The notes beneath the pieces are model-generated. The model had not been told where the DNA came from and did no database searches. It saw only the letters and a list, made by a program, of their open reading frames with translations. From NCBI GenBank assembly GCA_021325375.1, contig JAJPHG010000033.1, positions 230 through 64,229 on the forward strand: a stretch of 64,000 nt of DNA, given 5' to 3'. Below, one piece after another: positions 47,621-57,594 of this stretch. This DNA comes from Alphaproteobacteria bacterium. Its GTDB lineage: Bacteria; Pseudomonadota; Alphaproteobacteria; Micropepsales; Micropepsaceae. Numbering within the stretch: position 1 is the stretch's first letter; each line of letters begins with the position of its first letter. Position numbers and translations under genes: made by a program.

Positions 47621-48339
47621 GCGCCGAGCAGCCAATCCCAGACGGCTGCCGGCGCGTCGATCATCGCGTTGTGGCCTGCGCCCGCGATGTCGATCGCGGC
47701 GGGATCGAATTCGGCGAGTTGCGCGCGGCTCACCATCGCGTCGCTTTCGCCGCGTGCCAGACGGATCCGGCAGATCGACGACGCGAGCAGCGCCTGCATC
47801 GGTGGCGGCCCGACGCGCGCGGTCGCCGGATCGGCCGCGAGGCGCCAGCCCCCGCCGGCTTCGGCGACGCCTCGCTCGGTCGCATGCGCGCCGAGGCCGG
47901 AAACTTTCGCGAAGCGCGCCATCGCTTCGTCCTTGGCTGCGAACAGGCGTGGCGGCGCGGCGGCCATCTTTTCCAGTCCTGCAAGCTCGTCCGCGTTCCA
48001 GACGACCTTGATGGCGAGGCCGAAGACGCGTGACGGCGCCACGCCGAACCAGCCGCTCGCGAGCGCGAGGGCGACCGCGCCACCCATGGAATGGCCGAGC
48101 ACGACGATCTCGCGCCATGGGCCTGCGATAAGCTCCGCGACATCGGCGGCGTGAAAGCCCAGCGCATAGTTGTCGGCATGCGCCGAGGCGCCGTGACCGC
48201 GAAGATCGGGCGCGATCCAGCTCCCTTGCCAGCGGTTCGCCGCCAGCATCGGCCGCCACACGTCGCGGGTCGCACCCAGCCCGTGCAGCAGCACGAGCAG
48301 CCGGTCGCCATCGCCGCCGCGGTCGTGCTCGAGCTTCAT
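47617..48339 (-). CDS. Alpha/beta hydrolase
   Basis: LLHGLG, PDLRGHG, GHSMGG nucleophile elbow, GAGHN. Confidence 0.9.
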   Translation of the reverse strand: MKLEHDRGGDGDRLLVLLHGLGATRDVWRPMLAANRWQGSWIAPDLRGHGASAHADNYALGFHAADVAELIAGPWREIVVLGHSMGGAVALALASGWFGVAPSRVFGLAIKVVWNADELAGLEKMAAAPPRLFAAKDEAMARFAKVSGLGAHATERGVAEAGGGWRLAADPATARVGPPPMQALLASSICRIRLARGESDAMVSRAQLAEFDPAAIDIAGAGHNAMIDAPAAVWDWLLGA

Positions 48340-49550
48340 GCGGGCTTGTCCTTGCGATGATCGAAGACGCGCCTGGCCTTGCCTTCCGAACGCGGCAGGG
48401 TGCCCGCTTCCACCACGGTCACGGTCGCTGACAGACCGTAGCGCGACTTCATCCGTTCCGCGAGGGCGTTCACGCCTGTCCCTTCGACGGTGATGATAAG
48501 CTCGTCGCGCGCATTCTCGCGGCGCACGTCGATGCGGTAGTGGGAGCTAAGCGCGGCTTCTTCCAGGATCAGCTCCTCGATCTGGCGCGGGAAGATGTTC
48601 ACGCCGCGCACGATCAGCATGTCGTCGCTGCGGCCGAGGATGCGGTCCATCCGCCGGAATGGGACGCCGCCCACAGGTGGATGCAGCCGCGTGAGGTCGC
48701 CGGTGCGATAGCGGATGATCGGAACGGCCTCTTTGGAAAGCGAGGTGAAGACAAGCTCGCCCTCCTTGCCGTCGGCAAGCACGGCGCCGGTCGCGGGGTC
48801 GACGATCTCCGGATGGAATTCGTCTTCCCAGATCGTGAGCGTGCCGCGGGCATCGGCACGTTCCTGCGCGACGCCGGGGCCGAGCACTTCCGACAAGCCA
48901 TAGAGATCGAGCGCGGCGATACCAAGCCGCGCTTCGATCTCGCGCTGCATCTGCATGCTCCAGGGTTCGGCGCCGAAGATGCCGATCTCGAGCGAGGTGC
49001 CGCGCGGATCGACGCCCGCGCGCTCCAGCGCCTCCGCCAGCACCAGCATGTAGGACGGCGTGCAGCAGATGATGCGCGGCTCGAGGTCGAGGATGAGTTG
49101 CACCTGCCGCTCGGTCTGTCCGCCGGACGCCGGCACCACGGCGCAGCCCAGCCTCTGCGCGCCGCCATGCAGCCCGAGCCCGCCGGTGAAAAGCCCATAG
49201 CCATAGGCGTTGTGGATCAGGTCTCCCGGCCGTCCGCCGGCCGCCTCGATGCAGCGCGCGACGAGACCGTCCCAGAGGTCGAGGTCGTTCTTCGTATAAC
49301 CCACGATGGTGGGCTTGCCCGTCGTGCCCGACGACGCATGCACGCGCGCAAGCTTCTCGCGCGGCACGGCGCACATGCCCCAGGGATAGTTGGCGCGGAA
49401 ATCGCTCTTCAGCGTGAAGGGAAAACGTGCGAGGTCGCCCAGCGTGCGCAGGTCGGTGGGTGCCACGCCGGCCGCGTCGCATTTGGCGCGGTAATAGGCT
49501 GTGTTGTCATAAGCATGCGCGATCGAGCGGCGAAGCGCGTCGAGCATCAC
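48336..49550 (-). CDS. paaK: Phenylacetate-CoA ligase
   Basis: SSGTTGKP, AYGYGLFTGGLG, YGLSEVLGPG and YRTGDL motifs. Confidence 0.93.
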   Translation of the reverse strand: MMLDALRRSIAHAYDNTAYYRAKCDAAGVAPTDLRTLGDLARFPFTLKSDFRANYPWGMCAVPREKLARVHASSGTTGKPTIVGYTKNDLDLWDGLVARCIEAAGGRPGDLIHNAYGYGLFTGGLGLHGGAQRLGCAVVPASGGQTERQVQLILDLEPRIICCTPSYMLVLAEALERAGVDPRGTSLEIGIFGAEPWSMQMQREIEARLGIAALDLYGLSEVLGPGVAQERADARGTLTIWEDEFHPEIVDPATGAVLADGKEGELVFTSLSKEAVPIIRYRTGDLTRLHPPVGGVPFRRMDRILGRSDDMLIVRGVNIFPRQIEELILEEAALSSHYRIDVRRENARDELIITVEGTGVNALAERMKSRYGLSATVTVVEAGTLPRSEGKARRVFDHRKDKPA

Positions 49551-51415
49551 ACGGCGTTCATCGTGAGCAGCTCATAGGCCGCGACCGGCTCGCCGTTCTG
49601 GTTGACGACGTTCACCGCCCAGCGCACCTCGCCGTATTGCTCGTTGCGCAGCGATTTGGATTTCGCGGTCAGGCTCACCTTGATCGCGTCGCCGGGCTTC
49701 ACGGGCTTGAGGAATCTGAGATTGTCGAGGCCGTAATTCGCCAGCACCGGCCCCGGCGGCGGATCGACGAACAGTCCTGCAGCGAAGGCCAGGATCAGAT
49801 AGCCATGCGCCACGCGTCCGCCGAACAGCGGATTGGCCTTCGCGGCCTCCTCGTCCATATGGGCATAGAAGGTGTCGCCGGTGAAATGCGCGAAATGCTC
49901 GACGTCGTCGAGCGTGATCGTGCGCGGCGCCGTGACAAGCGTCTTGCCGAGCTCGAGCTCGCCGAAGCGCAGGCGGAAGGGATGCGGTCCGTCCGTGAAC
50001 TCCGGCGCGCCGCTCATCCAGTTGCGCGTGACCGCGGCCAGCATGCGCGGGCTGCCCTGCAGGGCCGTGCGCTGCATGTAGTGGAGCACGCCGCGGATGC
50101 CGCCCATCTCCTCGCCGCCGCCCGCGCGCCCCGGTCCGCCATGGACGAGGCCGGGAAGCGGCGAGCCGTGGCCGGTGGATTCCTTCGCGCAGTCGCGGTC
50201 GATGATCGCGACGCGGCCGTGGAACGCGCCCGCGCCCATCACGACCTGCTCGGCGACGGCCGGATCGTGGGTGAAGAGCGACATCACCAGCGACCCCTTG
50301 CCGCGATTGACCAGCGCGATCGCCTCGCCGATGTCGCGATAGGGCATCAAGGTGGCGACCGGGCCGAACGCTTCCACTTCGTGTACGCGTTCGGATTTCT
50401 CCGGCTGGTCGCAGCGCAGCAGGACCGGCGACATGTACGCGCCCTCCCGCGCGCCGCTGTCCACCTCGGCGACGACGATATCGGCGTCGCGGGCGAGCTC
50501 CTTGACTTTCGCGCGCACGTCGTCGCGTTGCGCCGTGCTCACCAATGCGCCCATCGAAGCCGCTTCCTTGGCGAGGCCCTCCCTCAGCGCAGCCTCCGCA
50601 TCGTCGATCAACACGGACGGCACGAAGGCGCGACGGATGGCGGTGCATTTCTGTCCCGCCTTCACCGTCATCTCGCGCACGACTTCCTTGATGAAAAGCT
50701 CGAACTCCGGGCTCTCTCGCGTCGCATCCGGCCCCAGAACCGATGCGTTGAGCGAGTCCTGCTCGGCGATGAAGCGCACGCCTTCGCGGATGACCGTGGG
50801 GTGGCTTTTGAGCTTGGCCGCGGTCTCGGCCGAACCGGTGAAGGAGACGACGTCCTGTCCCGTCAGATGATCGAACAGATCGCCGACGCCGCCCATGACA
50901 AGCTGCACCGCGCCCTCGGGCAACACCTTGGCGTCCGTCATGATATCGAACGCGGCCCTGGCGAGCTTTGCCGTCGCGGTCGCGGGCTTGACGATGGCCG
51001 GCACGCCCGCGAGCAGCGTGGGCGAAAGCTTCTCCAGCATCCCCCAGACGGCGAAGTTGAACGCGTTGATGTGCACGGCCGTGCCTTGCAGTGAGGTATA
51101 GACGTGCAGGCCGACGAACGTGCCGCGCTTCGACAAGACCTCGGGAGCGCCGTCGATGAGGATACGGTCGTTGGGAAGCTCGCGCCGGCCCTTGGAGGCA
51201 TAGGAGAACAGCGTGCCCGCGCCGCCCTCGATGTCGATCCAGGAGTCGGAACGCGTCGCGCCGGTCTCGGCCGACAGCGCATAGAGCTCTTCCTTGCGCG
51301 CCATGATCGCGTCGCCGAGGCTTTTGAGCATCTTGGCGCGCTGGTGGAACGTCATCGCGCGCAGCGCGGGGCCGCCTGTCTCGCGCGCATGGGCGGCCAG
51401 TTTGCGGAAGTCCAT
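49547..51415 (-). CDS. paaZ: Bifunctional oxepin-CoA hydrolase/aldehyde dehydrogenase PaaZ (compact form)
   Basis: [51 protein letters not shown]; C-terminal MaoC domain. Confidence 0.93.
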   Translation of the reverse strand: MDFRKLAAHARETGGPALRAMTFHQRAKMLKSLGDAIMARKEELYALSAETGATRSDSWIDIEGGAGTLFSYASKGRRELPNDRILIDGAPEVLSKRGTFVGLHVYTSLQGTAVHINAFNFAVWGMLEKLSPTLLAGVPAIVKPATATAKLARAAFDIMTDAKVLPEGAVQLVMGGVGDLFDHLTGQDVVSFTGSAETAAKLKSHPTVIREGVRFIAEQDSLNASVLGPDATRESPEFELFIKEVVREMTVKAGQKCTAIRRAFVPSVLIDDAEAALREGLAKEAASMGALVSTAQRDDVRAKVKELARDADIVVAEVDSGAREGAYMSPVLLRCDQPEKSERVHEVEAFGPVATLMPYRDIGEAIALVNRGKGSLVMSLFTHDPAVAEQVVMGAGAFHGRVAIIDRDCAKESTGHGSPLPGLVHGGPGRAGGGEEMGGIRGVLHYMQRTALQGSPRMLAAVTRNWMSGAPEFTDGPHPFRLRFGELELGKTLVTAPRTITLDDVEHFAHFTGDTFYAHMDEEAAKANPLFGGRVAHGYLILAFAAGLFVDPPPGPVLANYGLDNLRFLKPVKPGDAIKVSLTAKSKSLRNEQYGEVRWAVNVVNQNGEPVAAYELLTMNAV

Positions 51416-51418
51416 GAT

Positions 51419-52210
51419 CTATCGTCCTGTGAATTTCGGCGGGCGCTTTTCGGCGAAGGCGCTGACGCCCTCGCGATAATCCGCCGAGCGGCCGAGTTCG
51501 CGCTGCATGTCGCGCTCGAGGTCCAGATGGGTGTCGAAATCGTTGCCCCAGGCGGCGCGGATCGCGTGCTTGATCGCGGCAAGGCCTTTGGTCGGTCCTT
51601 GCGCCAACCTTTCGACGAGCTTGTTCGTCTCGGACACCAGTTCCGCGTCGTCAATGGCGCGCCAGATCAGGCCCCAGGCTTCCGCCTGCTCGGCGGTGAG
51701 CGGCTGGCCGGTCAGCGCCAGGGCCATCGCACGCGCGTGACCCGCGAGCCTGGGCAGGATCCACGTGCCGCCGGAATCCGGCACCAAGCCGATATTGGCG
51801 AAGGACTGGATGAACTTGGCACTCTTCGCCGCGAGCACGATGTCGGCGGCGAGGGCGATGTTCGCACCCGCGCCCGCGGCGACGCCGTTCACCGCGCAGA
51901 CGACGGGCTTGGGCAGAGCGACGAGCCTGCGCACCAGCGGGTTGTAGCTTTCGTCGAGCGAGCGGCCGAGATCCACGCCTTCGCCGCCGGGCGCGACCGC
52001 GCGGTCGGAGAGGTCCTGTCCCGCGCAGAAGCCGCGCCCCGCGCCGGTGACGAGCAGAACGCGCGCATCGTCGTCGGCTTCGACTTGGCTGAGCGCTTGC
52101 GCGACCTCCTGGTGCATCTGAAGCGTGAAGCTGTTGAGACGGTCGGGACGGTTCAGGGTAAGACGCGCGACGCCGCCCGCGACCTCGAACAGAATCGTTT
52201 CGAAGGCCAT
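51419..52210 (-). CDS. paaG: Ring-1,2-epoxyphenylacetyl-CoA isomerase PaaG
   Basis: FCAGQDL, VAAGAGA and PDSGGTW motifs in paa context. Confidence 0.92.
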   Translation of the reverse strand: MAFETILFEVAGGVARLTLNRPDRLNSFTLQMHQEVAQALSQVEADDDARVLLVTGAGRGFCAGQDLSDRAVAPGGEGVDLGRSLDESYNPLVRRLVALPKPVVCAVNGVAAGAGANIALAADIVLAAKSAKFIQSFANIGLVPDSGGTWILPRLAGHARAMALALTGQPLTAEQAEAWGLIWRAIDDAELVSETNKLVERLAQGPTKGLAAIKHAIRAAWGNDFDTHLDLERDMQRELGRSADYREGVSAFAEKRPPKFTGR

Positions 52211-52250
52211 TGCCGCATCTCCCTTGGGAACGAGAACAGGTTTAAGATAG

Positions 52251-52264
52251 ATCGTCCGGACGGT
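52251..52264. promoter_or_regulatory. PaaR-like operator between divergent paaG and paaI
   Basis: ATCGT-CCGG-ACGGT imperfect palindrome. Confidence 0.55.
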
Positions 52265-52287
52265 CAACGAAACACGAGGAGAACGCG

Positions 52288-52710
52288 ATGGACGCCGATG
52301 CGCTCGCACGCGCGGTTGCCGACCACCTGCACGCGCGGGAAGGCACGAGCAAGGCGCTCGGCATCGTCATCGAGGAGGTGCGCGAAGGTTATGCCCGCAT
52401 CCGCATGACGGTGCAGGGCTCCATGCTCAACGGCCACGGTGTGGCGCAGGGCGGGATGATCTTCACGCTCGCCGACACGGCGTTCGCCTATGCCTGCAAT
52501 TCGCGCAATGCGAGCACGATGGCAAACCAGGCCTCCATCGTCTTCCTGTCGCCGGGCCGGGACGGCGAGCGGCTGACGGCGGAGGCGCGGGAGGAAGCCG
52601 TTTCGGGCCGCTCGGGCGTTTATCGCATACGGGTGACTGGCGAAGACGGCCGCGATGTCGCGGTTTTCCAGGGTCTTTCGCGCAGCGTCGGTGGGGCGGT
52701 CATTAATTGA
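52288..52710 (+). CDS. paaI: Hydroxyphenylacetyl-CoA thioesterase PaaI
   Basis: MLNGHG.AQGGMIFTLADTAFAYACNS. Confidence 0.92.
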   Translation: MDADALARAVADHLHAREGTSKALGIVIEEVREGYARIRMTVQGSMLNGHGVAQGGMIFTLADTAFAYACNSRNASTMANQASIVFLSPGRDGERLTAEAREEAVSGRSGVYRIRVTGEDGRDVAVFQGLSRSVGGAVIN

Positions 52711-52723
52711 CCGACCGGTCGAG
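52710..52723. promoter_or_regulatory. PaaR-like operator upstream of paaA
   Basis: ACCGA-CCGG-TCGAG, flanked by TTG and TTATTAT promoter-like bases. Confidence 0.55.
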
Positions 52724-52741
52724 TTATTATAGGATGCGGCC

Positions 52742-53740
52742 ATGTATACGACCGAGCTGAAAGACAAGAGCCAGAAGCAGGCGGCCACGCCGCTTTCGGC
52801 CGAAGACCCCGAGCGTCTCGCCGCCTTCGAGGCGCGCGTCGCGGCCGACGATTTCATCGAGCCGAAGGACTGGATGCCGGACGCCTATCGCAAGACGCTG
52901 GTGCGCCAGATCTCGCAACATGCGCATTCCGAGATCGTGGGCATGCTGCCCGAGGGCAACTGGATCACGCGCGCGCCGTCGCTGCGCCGCAAGGCGGTGC
53001 TCCTCGCCAAGGTTCAGGACGAGGGCGGGCACGGGCTCTATCTCTACGCCGCCGCCGAGACGCTGGGCACGAGCCGCGACGAGATGGTCGAGGCGCTGCA
53101 TTCCGGCCGCGCGAAATATTCGACGATCTTCAACTATCCCACGCTCACCTGGGCCGATATCGGCGCCATCGGCTGGCTGGTCGACGGGGCTGCGATCATG
53201 AACCAGGTGCCGCTGCAGCGAACCTCCTACGGCCCTTACGCGCGCGCCATGGTGCGCATCTGCAAGGAAGAGAGCTTCCACCAGCGCCAGGGCTACGAGA
53301 TCATGACCACGCTGGCGAAGGGCTCGGCCGAGCAGAAGCGCATGGCGCAGGATGCGCTGGACCGCTGGTGGTGGCCGTCGCTGATGATGTTCGGACCGCC
53401 CGACGACAATTCTCCTAATTCCGCGCAATCGATGCGCTGGCGCATCAAGCGCGAATCCAACGACGAGATCCGCCAGCGCTTCGTCGACGCCACCGTGCCG
53501 CAGGCCGAAGCCATCGGTCTCTCGATCCCCGATGCAGACCTCAAATGGAACGAGGCGCGAGACGCTTACGATTTCGGCGCGATCGACTGGGAAGAGTTCT
53601 ATGCCGTGGTGCGCGGCGAAGGCCCGGTCGCGAAGGAGCGCATGGCCGCGCGCGTGAGCGCCCGGGAGGACGGGCGCTGGGTGCGCGAGGCCGCGCTCGC
53701 CCATGCCGAAAAGCGGGCTGTCCGGCTCGCGGCGGAGTAG
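52742..53740 (+). CDS. paaA: Phenylacetyl-CoA epoxidase subunit A
   Basis: [30 protein letters not shown] and [10 protein letters not shown] motifs. Confidence 0.97.
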   Translation: MYTTELKDKSQKQAATPLSAEDPERLAAFEARVAADDFIEPKDWMPDAYRKTLVRQISQHAHSEIVGMLPEGNWITRAPSLRRKAVLLAKVQDEGGHGLYLYAAAETLGTSRDEMVEALHSGRAKYSTIFNYPTLTWADIGAIGWLVDGAAIMNQVPLQRTSYGPYARAMVRICKEESFHQRQGYEIMTTLAKGSAEQKRMAQDALDRWWWPSLMMFGPPDDNSPNSAQSMRWRIKRESNDEIRQRFVDATVPQAEAIGLSIPDADLKWNEARDAYDFGAIDWEEFYAVVRGEGPVAKERMAARVSAREDGRWVREAALAHAEKRAVRLAAE

Positions 53741-53743
53741 CGC

Positions 53744-54028
53744 ATGAGCAAGGAATGGCCGCTCTGGGAAGTCTTCATCCGTGCGAAGAATGGGCTCGCG
53801 CATAAGCATGCCGGCAGCGTGCATGCCGCCGATGCGCGCATGGCGCTGGAAGCGGCGCGCGACACCTATACGCGGCGCATGGAAGGCGTGAGCCTGTGGG
53901 TCGTGCCGTCCGTCTCCATCACGGCGTCCGATCCGGGCGAGGCGGAAGCCCTGTTCGCGCCGGCGCAGGACAAGGTCTATCGCCATCCGACGTTCTACAC
54001 CGTGCCGGACGGCGTGAAGAACATCTGA
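53744..54028 (+). CDS. paaB: Phenylacetyl-CoA epoxidase subunit B
   Basis: WPLWEVFIR, ARDTYTRR.EGVSLWVV and YRHPTFY motifs. Confidence 0.97.
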   Translation: MSKEWPLWEVFIRAKNGLAHKHAGSVHAADARMALEAARDTYTRRMEGVSLWVVPSVSITASDPGEAEALFAPAQDKVYRHPTFYTVPDGVKNI

Positions 54029-54741
54029 TGGCTTCGCTCTTCGATCACGCGATCCGCCTCGGCGACGACGCGCTCATCCTGGGGCAGCGCCTGTCGGAAT
54101 GGGCGGGCCACGCGCCGATGCTCGAGATCGACCTCGCGCTTTCCAACATCGGCCTCGACCTCATCGGCCAGGCGACGCATTTCCTCAAGCTCGCGGGCGA
54201 GGAAGAGGGCAAGGGCCGCGACGCCGACGCGCTCGCCTTCCGCCGCGACGTCCTGGATTTCCGCAACTGCCTTCTCGTCGAGCAGCCGAACGGCGATTTC
54301 GCGCAGACCATCGCGCGCCAGTTCCTGTTCTCCAACTGGCAGGAGCTCCTGATGACGGAGATCGCCGCCGCCCCCGCGCCGGCCCTGTCCGCCATCGGCG
54401 CGAAAGCCGTGAAGGAAGTCGCCTATCACGCGCGCTATGCGTCGGAATGGGTCGTGCGCCTTGGCGACGGCACGGAGGAAAGCAGAGCGCGCATGGTCGC
54501 GGGTCTCGATTCCATGTGGCGCTTCGTCGACGAGCTGTTCGATCCGGCGGACGGCGCGGCGTCGTTGCGTCCGGCCTGGGATGCGCGCATCGCCGACACT
54601 CTGCATGCCGCCTCGCTGGACGTGCCGAAGCCCCGGCGCGCGGTGACGGGCGGCCGCCGCGGCCATCACTCCGAGCATCTGGGCCATCTTCTGACCGAGA
54701 TGCAGTTCCTCCAGCGCGCCTATCCGGGTGTGACATGGTAG
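54028..54741 (+). CDS. paaC: Phenylacetyl-CoA epoxidase subunit C
   Basis: LGDDALILGQRLSEW, EQPNGDFA and WVVRLGDGTEES motifs. Confidence 0.95.
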   Translation: MASLFDHAIRLGDDALILGQRLSEWAGHAPMLEIDLALSNIGLDLIGQATHFLKLAGEEEGKGRDADALAFRRDVLDFRNCLLVEQPNGDFAQTIARQFLFSNWQELLMTEIAAAPAPALSAIGAKAVKEVAYHARYASEWVVRLGDGTEESRARMVAGLDSMWRFVDELFDPADGAASLRPAWDARIADTLHAASLDVPKPRRAVTGGRRGHHSEHLGHLLTEMQFLQRAYPGVTW

Positions 54742-55166
54742 AGAGCGTCCTCGACGTCCTTTCGCGCGTGCCCGATCCGGAGATTCCGGTGGTCTCGGTC
54801 GTCGATCTCGGCATCGTGCGCGAGGTGCGCGACGACGCGGTGGTGATCACGCCGACCTATTCCGGCTGTCCCGCGACACTTGCCATCGAGGCCGGCATCC
54901 GCGCCGCGCTCGACGCCTCGGGTCATGGCGACATGAAGATCGAGACCGTGCTCTCGCCGCCCTGGACGACGGACTGGATCAGCGAAGAGGGCAGGGCGAA
55001 GCTTCACGCCTACGGTATCGCGCCGCCGTCGCGCTCCCAGGTGGTCTGTCCGCGTTGCGCCTCCACGGATACCGAAGAGATCAGCCGTTTCGGCTCCACG
55101 CCGTGCAAGGCGCTGCACCGCTGCCGCGCCTGCGGCGAACCGTTCGACCTCTTCAAATGTCACTGA
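54735..55166 (+). CDS. paaD: Phenylacetyl-CoA epoxidase subunit D (PaaJ in some nomenclatures)
   Basis: VPDPEIP, TPTYSGCPA, CPRC, FGSTPCKA...C.EPFDLFKCH. Confidence 0.95.
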   Translation: MVESVLDVLSRVPDPEIPVVSVVDLGIVREVRDDAVVITPTYSGCPATLAIEAGIRAALDASGHGDMKIETVLSPPWTTDWISEEGRAKLHAYGIAPPSRSQVVCPRCASTDTEEISRFGSTPCKALHRCRACGEPFDLFKCH

Positions 55167-56236
55167 ACAAGGGATTCCATCGCCTGAGGATCGCGGAAGT
55201 CCGGCGCGAGACGCCGGATGCGGTGTCGATTCTCTTCGACATGCCGCCCGGATTGCGCGAGGCCTTCCGCTTCAAGGCCGGCCAGCACCTCACGCTGCGC
55301 GCCGACATCGCGGGCGCCGACGTGCGGCGCACCTATTCGCTCTGCACCGCGCCCGGCGAGGGCGACTTCCGCATCGCCGTCAAGCAGATGCCGGGCGGCG
55401 TGTTCTCCGGCTGGGCGAACAGCGCGCTCCAGGCAGGACACGAGATCGAGGTCCTGCCGCCGATGGGCCGCTTCGTGCTGCCGGAGAAGGCCACGGCGCC
55501 TCGTTACGTGGGCATCGCGGGCGGTTCGGGCATCACGCCCGTGCTGTCGCTTCTGAAACATACGCTGGCGAGCGATCCGAAAGCGCGCTTCACGCTCGTC
55601 TATGGCAACCGCAACACGCCCTCGATCATGTTCCTGGAGGAGATCGCCGGGCTCAAGGACCGCTATCTCGACCGCCTCGAAATCTATCACGTGCTGGAGG
55701 ACGAGGCGGAGGAGATCGAGCTCTTCAACGGCCGCCTCGACCGCGCGAAGTGCGCCGAGATATTCTCGCATCTCGTCGATGTCGAAGGCGTCGATGCATT
55801 CTTCATCTGCGGCCCGGGCCCGATGATGGACACGGTCGAGGCGGCACTGAAGGAGCGCGGCGTGGCGCCTGAGCGCGTGCTCATCGAGCGCTTCTCGACC
55901 AGCGCGCCGACGGCGGAACAGCTCGCGCGGAGCGAGGTGATCAACGCCAAAGCGGCGGGCGTGGAGATGCAGGTCGTGCTCGACGGCCGCCGCTCGCGCG
56001 TGCGCTTCGATCCCGCCAAGGGCAACATCCTCGATAGCGTGCAGGCCGCGGGGCTGCCGGCGCCCTATGCGTGCCGCGGCGGCGTCTGCTCGACCTGCCG
56101 CGCCAAGCTTCTCAGCGGCAAGGCGACGATGCTCAAGAATTACGGCCTCACCGATGAGGAGGTGGCGCAGGGCTATGTCCTCACCTGCCAGGCGACGCCG
56201 GACAGCGGCGACATCGTTCTCAGCTACGACGAATAG
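55157..56236 (+). CDS. paaE: Phenylacetyl-CoA epoxidase reductase subunit E
   Basis: RTYSLC FAD motif, GGSGITP, CGPGPMM; 2Fe-2S CRGGVCSTC...C. Confidence 0.95.
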   Translation: MSLNKGFHRLRIAEVRRETPDAVSILFDMPPGLREAFRFKAGQHLTLRADIAGADVRRTYSLCTAPGEGDFRIAVKQMPGGVFSGWANSALQAGHEIEVLPPMGRFVLPEKATAPRYVGIAGGSGITPVLSLLKHTLASDPKARFTLVYGNRNTPSIMFLEEIAGLKDRYLDRLEIYHVLEDEAEEIELFNGRLDRAKCAEIFSHLVDVEGVDAFFICGPGPMMDTVEAALKERGVAPERVLIERFSTSAPTAEQLARSEVINAKAAGVEMQVVLDGRRSRVRFDPAKGNILDSVQAAGLPAPYACRGGVCSTCRAKLLSGKATMLKNYGLTDEEVAQGYVLTCQATPDSGDIVLSYDE

Positions 56237-56237
56237 C

Positions 56238-56262
56238 GGAACCAAGAGGGTGGGCGAACGTT
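56238..56262 (+). promoter_or_regulatory. EcfG/sigmaT general-stress promoter
   Basis: Perfect GGAAC-N16-CGTT upstream of the DUF4142-ligD genes. Confidence 0.8.
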
Positions 56263-56293
56263 TACCGTTCGTCCACTTTGACGAGGTTCCGCC

Positions 56294-56911
56294 ATGACCG
56301 CCAGGTTCGCCCTTTCGCTCGCCGCCCTTCTTGCGTCGACGTCGCTGAGCTTTGCCGCGCCGCCCGACCAGCCGGGCCATATCAGCCCGCAGCCGAACAC
56401 CGAGAACAACACCGTCAGCGCGGTGAAGGACACCGCCGGTCACGCGGTCGGCACCGTGTCGGCCGAGTTGACGACCAAGCTCCAGGACTTCGTCACCGCC
56501 GCCGCGACCAGCGACATGTACGAGGTCGAGGCCGCGAAGATCGCGCTGCAGCGCTCGCACGACTCGAAGGTCAAGGCCTTCGCGCGCAGGATGGAGAGCG
56601 CGCATACCCAGACCACCGATGAGCTCAAAGCGACGCTCACCAAGATCAACGCCACCGTGACGCCGCCGAGCGCGCTCGACGATCGCCGCCAGGGCATGAT
56701 CGACGAGCTGCGCGGCGCCAAGGATGCCGATTTCGACAACCGCTACATGTCGCAGCAGGTCGACGCCCACAACGAGGCGCTGACCCTGATGGACCGCTAC
56801 GCCAAGGACGGCGACACGCCGGCGGTCAAAAGCTTCGCGGCGAAGACCAGGACAGCGGTGCAGTCGCATCTCGACATGGCCAAGAAGCTGCTCGACAAGC
56901 ACAACAGCTGA
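56294..56911 (+). CDS. DUF4142 domain exported protein
   Basis: Signal peptide; FVTAAATSDMYEVEAAKIA, FDNRYMSQQVDAH and HLDMA motifs. Confidence 0.9.
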   Translation: MTARFALSLAALLASTSLSFAAPPDQPGHISPQPNTENNTVSAVKDTAGHAVGTVSAELTTKLQDFVTAAATSDMYEVEAAKIALQRSHDSKVKAFARRMESAHTQTTDELKATLTKINATVTPPSALDDRRQGMIDELRGAKDADFDNRYMSQQVDAHNEALTLMDRYAKDGDTPAVKSFAAKTRTAVQSHLDMAKKLLDKHNS

Positions 56912-56949
56912 TCTATTGTTAAGACGCGTTTCGGCCCGGAGATGGGTTC

Positions 56950-57594
56950 ATGGCTTCCAGGAAGCTTTCCGTCTACCGGGCCAAACGCGATTTCCACAAG
57001 ACCAAGGAGCCCAGCGGCGCGCGCAAAGTCGCAAAGGCCGAGCGCCTGCGCTTCGTCGTGCAGAAGCACGACGCGACGCGGCTGCACTACGATTTCCGCC
57101 TCGAGCTCGACGGCGTCTTCAAATCCTGGGCGGTGACGCGCGGGCCGTCGCGCGATCCGGCGGACAAGCGGCTTGCGGTCGAGGTCGAGGACCATCCGCT
57201 CGACTATGGCGATTTCGAAGGCACGATCCCGCAAGGCGAATATGGCGGCGGCACGGTGATGCTGTGGGACCGCGGCTATTGGGAGCCCGAGGGCGATCCG
57301 CGCGCGATGCTCAAGAAGGGCGATCTCAAATTCGTCCTCGCCGGCGAAAAGCTCGAAGGCGGCTGGGTGCTGGTGCGCATGAAGAACGACAAGTTCAAGA
57401 GCAAGCGCAACAACTGGCTCCTCATCAAGCATCACGACGCGTTCGAGAAGGAGGGCGACGCGGAGACGCTGCTCAAGAAGGACAAGTCGGTCGCCTCCGG
57501 CCGCTCGATGGCTGAGATCGAGGCCGGCAAGGGCAAGAAGCCGAAGCCCTTCATGCGCAAGAAAGCCTTCGCGCGCGACGCGGTGTGGGAATGA
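56950..57594 (+). CDS. ligD: LigD 3'-phosphoesterase module (stand-alone)
   Basis: [39 protein letters not shown] and [11 protein letters not shown] motifs. Confidence 0.92.
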   Translation: MASRKLSVYRAKRDFHKTKEPSGARKVAKAERLRFVVQKHDATRLHYDFRLELDGVFKSWAVTRGPSRDPADKRLAVEVEDHPLDYGDFEGTIPQGEYGGGTVMLWDRGYWEPEGDPRAMLKKGDLKFVLAGEKLEGGWVLVRMKNDKFKSKRNNWLLIKHHDAFEKEGDAETLLKKDKSVASGRSMAEIEAGKGKKPKPFMRKKAFARDAVWE

